A stretch of DNA of 64,000 nucleotides. It comes from Tubulanus polymorphus (taxonomy: Eukaryota > Animalia > Nemertea). The notes beneath the pieces are model-generated. The model made no database searches, was not told where the DNA came from, and worked only from the letters and a program-made list of their open reading frames with translations. The first letter of the stretch is position 1, and each line of letters starts with the position of its first letter. A program made the translations under genes and the position numbers. Positions 13,601 to 25,600 of the stretch are shown piece by piece. The stretch covers positions 3,472,001 to 3,536,000 of the forward strand of contig NC_134036.1 in assembly GCF_964204645.1 (NCBI RefSeq), in the 5' to 3' direction.

Positions 13601-16600
13601 CTGACTCCGTCTCCTCTCGACTCGATGTGAGATGTGACAAAATATTTGCATCGTATTTCATATTTTACCCTTTCAGTACTGACTAATTAATACTCGTAAG
13701 TGGTGGAGATGTGAATCCGCATTCATGCGCCCGCACCGCGGTGCGGCGTATCGTTAGCTACTAATATTTCACTATGTTTCACAGGTGCTGCCATCTTTCA
13801 ATACAGATAATAAGTAATTACTGATTTATACACCACATTGCGGTGTAGATGAACTGAAAGGGTTAACAGGGAAACAATTTGGTAAATTCGAGAGAAAGAT
13901 GCCAAAAGAAGCATTCAAACCCGCGTCATGCTCTCCAAATGAGCCATCTCATTTTCTTAGTTTCAGAAAGGACCAGTTCAGTAGACGCATAACTTCCGTG
14001 TACAACGAATTCGATCTGCAGCGACTTTTCCCCGCGATGCCGAAATTCTCGATTTTGACGGAAAACTTTTAACGAACAAAACGTTAATTAACGCGCGAGC
14101 AGCAATTATTTACCCCGGCGTACTCGTCGCCCCCTATAACCGCCTCGAGCCGACGACGACGAAACGCAGCTAAAACGACCGAGCGATTTTAATTGGCGAT
14201 GATTTTCACGCGCAGATGTGGCCCCCGTGACATCACACGACGAAGAGACGGGAGACGTCGAGGTCGACGGGGGAAAACGACAATAAGACGACACGTTTTT
14301 AAACTCGCTTCTCGTTTTTACGGATGAACATACCCCCCCGATATCCAGGACACGGAATTCAACTGTTAGTTCTCTTCACAGTTAACACTTCTTACTTTTA
14401 AGCAGAGACGGATCCAGAGGCCGAACTTGAAGAACTTTTCACATCGCTTAAGGACACTTTGATGTTTACAAGGCCAATATTAGGGGCACTACCTGGGCAA
14501 TGAAATGTGTGCCTATTATCTACAAAAAAGGGCACTCAAAAAAAATTTGACGGACTTGTTGTTCAAGTCTTGCAAGATCCCCTGGATAAAGGCCTGTGTA
14601 CGACCGTATCTCGCTGGTAATACTTGTAACCAACAACTAACCTGTGAATTAATGGGAGCGTCTCTCGAATGTGGATATGACCGCGAAAATGGATCGGAAC
14701 TTTTACCTATGAAGAAAAAACAATTGAAACAATTATCTATCTAAAATCTTAGACAAATTCTACCCTTTTTTAACTTTTACTTTTTGTTGCTTGGAATTAC
14801 TCAATTTCGCCATACCTCATCATTTAGAAATTACGAAGCATTTTTTCGAAAACTTACTTATTAAATTCGGCATATCGTTCGTGACGAACGGATGCAGGTT
14901 ATCGCTGACCGGATATCCGCTGTTGGGAGGAGGTGGGCCGCTGACGCCATTGTACATCTGAAATATAGGAAATTTGAGAAAATCATTCCCCTGAGGAGGG
15001 GGGGGAACCGGGTCTTGAACGGCGAGGATAACTGGTATGCATGCGCAACAACACCAACCAGACAGCAGATCAATAATCGCCTAATCCAATATAACCTATT
15101 AATCCAATAATCTCTTAATCCAATAATCTACCTGCTACGTTTAAACTGGATTACGCGGCGATTAATGGTTAAATAACGTAATTAACCCCCTACGAGCCGC
15201 GCGGCTTCCGACAATTACGCCCGGATTTCATCAAAGCGTCATCGATACAATCGCAGACATTACCATTAATTTAGGGACGGCTGTGGCAATTAGAACACAG
15301 CGCGACCACATGAGCTACGGACGCTTTATAGAATATTCAAACTCGGACCGAGCTGATGCGTCGGCCATGGTTTGTGCCGGAGTATCTATAGCGCGCAACG
15401 ATCCCATCAGACATTCATCGTTTCAGTTGAAGGTGCGGACGATCAGGAACCAGTTGGTCAAAAGCTGGTTAAAGATTGCTAGCGAGAAAAAAAGGCACTT
15501 TTTACGAAACACCAGGGCCCGGTTTCATAGACTCAGTATCAAAGTTATCCCTAGGGGTAAATCCTCAATTTCGGTAACAACCACTGTAGTAACAATGAGA
15601 AACCATGGTTACAATTGACGAATTTCAAAATATTCCCAGGGACTATTTTTCTTCCACATCTATGAAACCGAGCCCAGGTACTTCAGATACTTCTACACCA
15701 TTCTAGGGGGTGCATTTTGTCATTTCATGCGTTGACAAAATTATCATAGGTGGAAACTTTGGTCCAAAAAATTTTGGGGTGACATTTTTGAGGGCACTTC
15801 AAATTTGAGGGGGGGAGGGGGTCCGGACACACTGACATCCCCCCTAGATCTGCCCCTGGGGCCGGTTGCATAGTCATGGCTTAGACCTAAGACCAGTCTA
15901 AGACCAACTTAGTTCTATAGCTAATCTAACAACTTAAGACCAGTCTTAAGATTAAAGGCCACTTTTGGACTCAAGTCACGACTGTGCAACTGGCCCCTGG
16001 TAACATCGAAGGTCTGTCCGAATTTAAACGGATGAGCTCGTATGTACCTGAACGTGAACGGCGATTCAGCTCGCGTTCAGTTTATCTATTACTTACCCCT
16101 CGGTCGTAATTCGAGTTGGCGTCATTGTTTGTATTCCAATTATTATCGACTCCTGCAACGAGAGAGATAGAAATAATTAACAATTCATTAATTCGTCGTT
16201 AATCGTCGGCGAGTTAATCGTCGAATTCTAGAATCGAGGGGTCCGTTTATCATCCGCTGAAACATTCCGTACCGAATTCATACGGTAGATTCAACAGTTT
16301 TAACGCATAACGAACTTAACTCAACTTGCAAACAGTCGAGAATATTCGATATATTTTGATGAATATCATCGGGGAAACCCACAATATCGATTTAAACAAA
16401 CTGTTTTTCGCTTTTTTCTTACATTTCATCCGGTGGATTCTTATATTTGTCGAGTGGAATCTTTCCATCCATCTTCAGAGTTTATTCGAAAAAGAATTTT
16501 GTAACGGTGTTGTTTAAATTGATAATGCATGGCTTTTTCTCGATGTAAGCTTCATTTTTCAGGTGGAAGTGCTTAGGTTATAAAGCCAAGCAACAGTGTT

Positions 16601-19600
16601 CTGCTGCTTAACGTAAAATGGGGATGACAAGACAATGGACTATCCGAGAAATAAGTAAAATTCAGACTCTTACATGTTTATGGCGAAAAAAGCCTAGGCC
16701 TCTTAAGTTTAAAAGTGTAATTTCTGACTGATTGGAAATGCGTTCAAACCAAGTAAGCTATAATACTCGGTGGGAAAGCGACGTCGCCAGGCAAGCCGCT
16801 ACCGAGCGAGATCGTGAGAAAGCGCCACCTGTTCATCGGATGTAAACTCGGCGTGGCGAATTGATTAGCAGACGACGATGTTTAAGGAAACATCAATTCT
16901 GTCGCCGTCGTCTCGCGAGGTAACGACCACTAATTCTATACAGTCGCTTCCTTACATCGACAATATAATCATGATAGTGACGATTCTTCGAAAAAAGAAG
17001 AATTATCAACAAAAAATGGATCCGTGCCGAATTTGGTCCTACGAAAAAGCGCCGTCTAGTATCGAGCGAGTGGTTTATGTGAGAACGCACTACCTTATTA
17101 GGCACGGGCCTGGAATGTGCCAATTCGGCCAGGGCCCGCGCCACCTTCGCACGAACGCGGCTTTAGTTTCACTAAATCGCGGCTAAAACCGAACAGATGC
17201 TTTTAACGATCATGCGACCTTTATCAAAAACGCAGATTTATCGACGAACGCGAAAAAAGAAACAATTGATAACCGGGCATTTTTAAACGATATATACGTA
17301 TTATTAGAATGTTACCAGGAAATCGAAAACGCAGATAATAATATCAATGCCAACACAACAAAAGACTCGAAATATTTCATGCGAAGGACGGTTCGACAAT
17401 CGATCCGAACCAGGGGAAAAAAAAATCTGTCACAAATACATATCTCGTTTTAAAGCGCCCTCGAAAACAGGCGATATAGAGTTCACCGTATATATATATA
17501 CGTGACCGTATAATACAAATCATAGCACTGAAAAGAGCAGTCTCTCTCTCCCTCTTTCTTTCTGTGTTTGGAGATGATTTAAAAAAATGAAATACGAAAA
17601 ATGCGAATGCGCGCGCACGTCACAAAAGGGTTTTGCGAACACTCGAAACGGAATTGACCGCGATATTCGATAAATAGACTTTTAAAGAGGGCTTTACGAG
17701 CGCTAACATAGTCAGTCAAAATTCATACGATATACTCACTACTCCCTAAAATTTCAAAAACGGCAAGAATATGGTATTTACGCCCCCGCCTCCGACATCA
17801 GAGAATTATTTCTATGATGGACGTTTCTCAGGGAAACTCACTTTTCCCCCTGACTATTCCCTGACATTGTTTTCCCTGACTTGATCTGCTAAGAATCCGA
17901 TCAATTAACGCAGTTAAATAGCCAAGACATGGACGGAAACTGCTCGATTTTGCGAGCGATCTAGCAATCTCGACAAATCTACGTTAAACGAAATTTGAAT
18001 ATCATCAGATTATGAAACGATCAACCGAGTTGAGTTACTAGCGTGCGAATATGCACCGCCGATTGCGGGCACGTCCAATTTGAAAGAGAAAAAAAGTAGA
18101 AGACTCAAAACGGCAAAAAGAGCAGTCTCGCACACTACTAAAAGGAAAGTATTTGTTATAGTATGAAGTACCATTAACGCGAATCAATTGACCTAAAATT
18201 AGGCAAATATCTAACAACACAAGCTTCACGAAAACGAAATGGGAGCGTCATGAGTCGATGTACCAATAGCGACGTGCTAGGGTTTACGAATAATTCAAAA
18301 TTCAAAATCGGCAATTGAAAAATTCCCGCAATCGGTGACGCATTCTTATATTTCGAGATTTCGTACAACCACCGAGAGCTAAGGGGCCCGGTTTTATCAT
18401 TAACTCGAATCAACTCGATTTTCGATTACCCAATATATAGAACCAGCCCCCGGGTCCCTTCAGCCCAAACCCTCATACAGAACATAATGATTCAATCATT
18501 CCCCTTGGACCATGGCTCCATTTAGCCCACACTTTTAAGCTATGATCTGTTAATGATGAAGTTTAGTGAAAACTTCGAAGATACTGCCAGAAAACAAACT
18601 GTTAAATCATCAACTGTGGGTTTTACTCGTTGACCCGAGATTAATATCAGTCTCTACTGGTCATGCTTTGATGCGTACGAACACGCCCTTGACCCCGATT
18701 TGTCACGTCTCCTCGGTCTCCTACAGACCTCAGTCGTTAGAGGACCCTCCTGAAGAGGTCTCCCACTAGGCACAGATCTCAGTCCTCAGAGGACCCTCCT
18801 GTAGAGGTCTCCTACTAGGCACAGTTCTCAGTCCTCAGAGGACCCTCCTGAAGAGGTCTCCTACTAGGCACAGATCTCAGTCCTCAGAGGACCCTCCTGA
18901 AGAGGTCTCCTACTAGGCACAGATCTCAGAGTCCTCAGAGGACCCTAAGAGATCATTCATTTATTACGTACGCATAGAATTTGAATTTTCCAACCCCCCT
19001 CCCCCTCCGTAAGCAAAAATCGGCCATTCTTTCAAATACATTGAGCATTACAGTACGCAATTGCACTGACCCCTCACCTCTCCCCTAATGACGCCTAACG
19101 CAGTTATTCAGCGTAGTACGACCAGAAGTTGTATCCCTTTCTTTAAGAACACACTAAATACTCGCGACGTCGGGGGATCGGTATTCAAATAACGCAATAG
19201 TTTTCATATTTTCGGGAGCGGAAGAAATTCCGGAATTTCGAGACTAAAAGTTTTTGCCCCCTGAGTAAAAGTATCGCCGGTAGTATGTACGTGTACACGT
19301 ATGCGCAGTATGTTTATACCTGTGTAGTAAAACCTGTAAACTATGTTATTCCCATTCACTATAAACAACCGACTGGAATCTCAGTAGCGTCCGATATAAA
19401 CATTGTTATTAGATTTCAGCAACCAGATATATACCATCATTCCTCACCGAAGCCCCGAGCCGCCACAGCACGCAACTATCATCAGATTCATCTACGAATC
19501 GAGCTGGTAGTATACTGCCCTCGCACGGGGGGGGGTCTTCTTTTCGACGCCCTTGAGAAAGACCCCCTCGCGGTTAAAGTACCCTCGGGGAGAACCTAGC

Positions 19601-22600
19601 ATTCATCTAGCACTCAAGCGGTAGTATAGTCATCTCGGCGGCGGAGTACAGTCATTATCAACGTCCGTACCCCCTAGAAAGAACCTCTCCCGGCTATAGA
19701 ACTACCCTGCGAGCGGAACATACTGTCCTGTCAGACAAAAATCGAATTTTATGTCCCGTGGCACTGCAGAGGCTCCCTACAGACCAGTCATCCCTGGATA
19801 TAAGGAGTTTACAAGGATATAATTCAAATTTTCGAGAGAAGGTGCCTGCATCACTTTCTTATTCTAATAACTATAGACCCCTCCTAAATAGGCAGTGTTT
19901 ATGTCAGTAATGTAAGCATATTTTTATCCCTTACAGGACTTAACTCGCCTAATCGGGGTTCAAACAAATCCTGGTTCCAACTGTACTTAGGCGTAGTCTA
20001 CTCTACAACTACAAACATTTCTAATTGCCTATATCTTAAACTTGGAGTAGTTTAAAAAGGATTTACTGACATTTCACTCGATAATTAAAGAAATTTCGAG
20101 CACCTCAAAAAGCATGCATAAATACCTCCGAAATCTAGGGTTACCTCAAACATAGGCAAACGCGACATATTTATTATACGCTACAATTTTTTGTCGAGAG
20201 CGATTTGATTAATTACTAGAAATTCGAAGCGCGAACTGAGCTCGCATTTCAAAGGGTTGAATTTATGATGAAACAATGGCTTGAATTACGAACGAACGCT
20301 ACACCCACACACACTACACACTACACAAATAGACAGACACTGAGAGTTTGTGTCCACACCTTATATCTGTGTTTGACAGGGAATTGAATGGTCGAGTGTC
20401 GGGGAAATCAAAGGTCGCACCGACCACAACTTAAAATAGAAACCTTTATCATTAAGAATAATCTGCTAATATCTGTACGATGATTTAATCTATAGAAGGC
20501 TTCACACGCAGGAAACCATTAAATCAGCATCAGGCGCATCGTCGTAAAACAGGATAGTCTCTAGCGTTAACGATCTATAGACCCTTCTTAGAAAAGATGA
20601 CATCATCGTCTATAGATCGAGATGGCCGAGGAGATATACGCTCATTTACCATAAAGATGGCTGCCTCCATGAAGAAACCTGAAATTAATCTTTTCGTGCT
20701 TTTTGGCTTATTCACATCCAGAAAAAAAAAAACCAAGGACTTTTCATATTCTTTTCAGGTGCACAAAAACTTAGGAATAACTTAGAATAAAATTTTTCTC
20801 CAAATTTTCAACATAGTTTTGTACAGATTTCTCAAAATTGTCCCCATTTGCTCGATTTTCACGTTGATCTGAAATAACCGTTGAACTCTGTGCATTTCGT
20901 CTCCAACCCGATGATTTCAATTACATTCCGATCGCGAAGCGATTAGCGACGTCCCGTAGATTAGCCTATTGTCGGTTGAATTGACGGTTTTATCTGGCGA
21001 GGGCCGCGTTGCTCCTCGCTACTGCTGCTCCTCACGAGCGAGTCTCTCGAGTGTCTGTTGTTCGCGAGGGACAATAGAACTCCCCCGGCGGCGACGACGT
21101 CGACGTTCATTGTTTAAACGATGTTTTGAAGGACGGACGTCCGCGGCGGATGTTGTCGGTAATTGTTTCGGTAAATACAGCGGTACGAGCGCGCGTGCGT
21201 GTGTGTGTCAGTTACAGGATCGTCGATATCGCCATCGCTCGCTCACAGGGGGCGCCGCCATGCGAGCAATTCACCCGTCGTTTAACCCTTTCAATGCCGA
21301 CATATCAATGCGCGAATATGCAGGAGATAATCCTCCTTGGGGGCTGTCTCTTATTAAATGATTTTTTAATGTCATTAGCTACAACAACCAGACACCAAAA
21401 AATCAAATTCCCTGAGTTTAAGAGAAAAGTTTCCTGAACTTCCCTGATCTGTTAAATCATCGCAAATAACTATCATATTCAGTAAGTGGCGACATATTTC
21501 GTGGAACCCGTACAAAGACTGAGTTCAGTAGTAGGCTATCAACCGCCAGCAGCAGTGTATCTGCTGGTACTGTAGGGCTGCCATCTGTTGGCAACAATCC
21601 GAACCAGTTTAATCAAAACACCATCATACGGGCCGCGGAACTGATACACCTGCTGCCAACCACCTGCCCAGCCTACTAACCTACTTACCCTAATCGATGA
21701 ACCACCTGTGCGCCAAGCTGCCCTTGGCGTGTGTTCACCAGGCATGCGCTTACCACTAAACCACCTGCTTCTTATCACTTATAACAGTAGCTCTTAGGTT
21801 TAGTTTAGGTTGGGGTTTTTTTTTTTTATTAAACAGCTTCTGCCACAAGTGGAGTAAGACTTGTTGAACATGTGTGCGTGTGCGCGCGTTTGAAGTGTTC
21901 AGGATTATATAGTAGCAGTCTGTGTGTACTATGTTCAGATAGTGACCAGGTGTTACGTAGTAAACTCTCTCCATTCCGTTTTACTACTGGTATCAAACTG
22001 TCAGTGCAACGGCTGCCAAAACTCCTCTCCCCTCAATCTCCCTCCCACACTTTCAATTCCCTTCTGTATATATATATATATATCTCTCTCTCTTAATAGT
22101 GTCCCTGCTCTTCTGTCCATCGCCCTTTCACTCTTTTCAACCCTATGCATTACAAGGGCTGCCAACCTTCGAAAACTGCTATCAGTAACTAACTGAATGT
22201 TTTTCAGTAACATTTCATAGAAAATGTTCAAATGAATCAGTAATCAACAACAGTAAGACCCTCACTAACATCTTTCATATTTCTGTTCAGATTAATCAGT
22301 AATCAACAGTAAGACCCTCAGTAACATCTTTCATATTTATTTCTGTTGAAATTAATCAGTAATCAACAGTAAGACCCTCAGTAACATCTTTCATATTTCT
22401 GTTCAAATTAATCAGTAATCAAAAACAAGACCCTCGGTAACATCTTTCATATTTCTGTTCAAATTAATCAGTAATCAACAACAAGACCCTCGGTAACATC
22501 AAGCTTTATTTTTCCGTGAAGTCAAATTCGCACCAAAAAAGTGAAAAGCTTAGGTAAATTAAAAGTACGCGGAATATACAAGAAGAATCCAAGGACGCGC

Positions 22601-25600
22601 GCGAATTCTACCAAAACAAATTTTCAATTCTGTCGGCAATTTATTCATTTAATTCATGAAAAATATGATATTTTCAATTCTATAACGACAGTACAGTACG
22701 GCGCACCAGCTGCAACTCGACATTCATATGCATACATACATACATAAATACATTCATTCTCCTACAATGATTTGCGTCGAAATATTTTTTTTTTTTGCTT
22801 CATCAATTTTAAAATCTTCACAGCGTACAGACCGAGCGAGCGTGAGACACGTCATAGCTATGTTTACCTCGAATAGCCGCAGGTTTATCATCTAGCAGCG
22901 CTATAGAGTATGGCTTATCTCGGCGGTGTATGGTAAGCATAGCTGGTATGAGAGAGAGAGAGAGAGAGAGAGAGCGGAAAAGTTCACTATATTTTACGGC
23001 CTGCTAGAGAGCAGACAAATGGATGGCTAAACTGCGAGAGAGATTAAAAATAATCGCCTCGAATGCGCAAACAAGTATCGTAGTACTATAAGGTCGATTT
23101 AAACACCAGCGAGGTATATCTGCAACCAACACGAAGGTATAGGTAACCCCAGGAAGGTATAGGTAACCCAAGGGAGATATAGGTAACCCCGAAGAGGTAT
23201 AGGCAATGCTGGGAAGGTTTAGATAACCCCAGAAAGGTATAGGTAACCCCTGAAAAGGTATAGGTAATGCTGGGATGGTTAAGGTAACCCTGGTAAGGTA
23301 TAGGTAATACCAGGAAGGTAAGGTAACCCTGGGAAGGAATAGGTAACCCTGGGAAGGAATAGGTAACCCTGGGATGGTATAGGTAATGCTGGGAAGGTTA
23401 AGGTAACCCTGGTAAGGTATAGGTACCAGAAAGGTATAGGCCCTGGGAAGACATAGGTAATGCTGGGAAGGTTTAGGTAACCCTGGTAAGGTATAGGTTA
23501 TACCAGGAAGTTATAGGTAACCCAGGATAGGTATAGGTAATGCTGGGAAGGTTAAGGTAACCCTGGTAAGGTATAGGTAATGCTGGGAAGGTATAGGTAA
23601 CCCAGGGAAGGTATAGGTAATGCTGGGAAGGTTAAGGTAACCCTGGTAAGGTATAGGTAATGCTGGGAAGGTATAGGTAACCCAGGGAAGGTATAGGTAA
23701 TGCTGGGAAGGTTAAGGTAACCCTGGTAAGGTATAGGTAATGCTGGGAAGTTATAGGTAACCCAGGATAGGTATAGGTAATGCTGGGAAGGTTAAGGTAA
23801 CCCTGGTAAGGTATAGGTAATACCAGGAAGGTATAGGTAATGCTGGGAAAGTATAGGTAACACCAGGAAGGTAAAGGTAACCCTGGGAAGGTAGAGGTAA
23901 CCCCCGACGCCCCCCCCTCCCGCGGATAAAACAGGCCGAAAAGTTGTGGTTCCATCTTAATAAATTTCATCATATAAAATTCTATAGCGGGACTTCTTGA
24001 CTCGAGAGCGCGTTCATTTTCAAACTGCGGTTCATCAAATAGCAGCCTTTCTTCGTCGTAAACTTGTAAAGAGCAAATCGAACGTACGTCAGCCTTGATG
24101 TCATCGGAACCGACTGTAATAATTCTCTTGATAAATTTACGTCTCGCGTGTTCACTAAACATTTTATTATTTCAATTTTCCAATCGTACACGACTCAGGT
24201 CTGGTATATGTCACTTTCTCTCCCAGTCTCTACCGACGACGACGACGAGATGATCGTTACGATTCGATTTGCCCGATTAACCAGTAATTTAATAAAACAA
24301 TAATCGAGGCCCGTCGTTCGTCGTTAACGAGAGCGTTAATTTTATTAATCGAGTTTCGTACGGCTGCGGCGGCGCTGCGCGTAGAACGGCGTATCGGTCT
24401 CCGGGGGCGCTGCCGGTAATCGTCGCCGGTCTGTTCAGTGTCAACTAACCGTAATTATACAAACCGGATGATTATACGAAGTATAGTCGAATATGAATGG
24501 AGGTGACACCATCCCGACCACCCAGTTTTAATCATTTACCGAATCATTGTTGAAGTTATCGAGAATGAGAAGGTCGTCATTAGTAACTAATCATAATTTT
24601 ACTGAATCCTTGAAGTTATCGAGAATTAGAAGATCGTCATAACTAACTAATCATAATTTTACAGAATCATTGTTGAAGTTATCGAGAATGAGTAGGTCGT
24701 CATGAGTAACTAATCATAATTTTACTGAAATGTTGAAGTTGTTGAGAATGAGAAGGTCGTCATTAGTAACTAATCATAATTTTACTGAATTGTTGAAGTT
24801 ATCGAGAATGAGAAGGTCGTCATTAGTAACTAATCATAATTTTACTGAATCGTTGAAGTTATCGAGAATGAGAAGATCGTCATTAGTAACTAATCATAAT
24901 TTTACTGAAATGTTGAAGTTATCGAGAATGAGAAGGTCGTCATTAGTAACTAATCATAATTTTACTGAATCGTTGAAGTTATCGAGAATGAGAAGATCGT
25001 CATTAGTGACTAATCATAATTTTACTGAATCATTGAAGTTATCGAGAGTGAGAAGGTCATCATTAGTAACTTACAATATCTACGGAATCAGTGAAGTTAT
25101 CGAGACGAATTCTTTCAATTCATGAAACTATAGGATACCAGACTGCAGGCAGGGGTTGCAGATCTATGCGCGCAGTTTGAGCGACGATGACTCATTATAG
25201 AAGGTGAAAAACTTTTTAAGCCAGGTATATATATATATATATCGGCACCGAGTCGGCAACCAGCGGCATACGGGAAGAGCAGGAGAGAGGTCGACACGGT
25301 GAATCCCTCGCTGAGATCTGATGAGACTAATCCAACCCCCCCCCCCCCCCGGTAAACCGATCCAACGGCAAACCACAAGTATTCAATTAAATTACACCAC
25401 CTTTACTCCTTCCTAACCCTTTAACCTCACGGGAGATCGAACGGGATTTTTATACTCAGATCCTCAGTTTTTTCGACATTAAATCTCGCCCATCGGATCA
25501 AACGTTTCTGACCAGCAACCCTGAATTACGGTGTTTCTAAGAGATCAGCTAATTCCGACTCTTATGGATAGCGAAAAGAAGGGTACCGGGTTCCCCCCTC

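Noticed and set aside
14114-14169. 56-nt phase 1-0 exon candidate (AFRRRRLEAVIGGDEYAG)
   Set aside because: Weak splice sites, built on a GAC microsatellite; the 14642-14706 exon fits both homology and phase.
23632-25125. 176-aa and 131-aa ORFs with repeated peptides
   Set aside because: They stay open only because the 20-bp and 60-bp tandem units lack stops in those frames.
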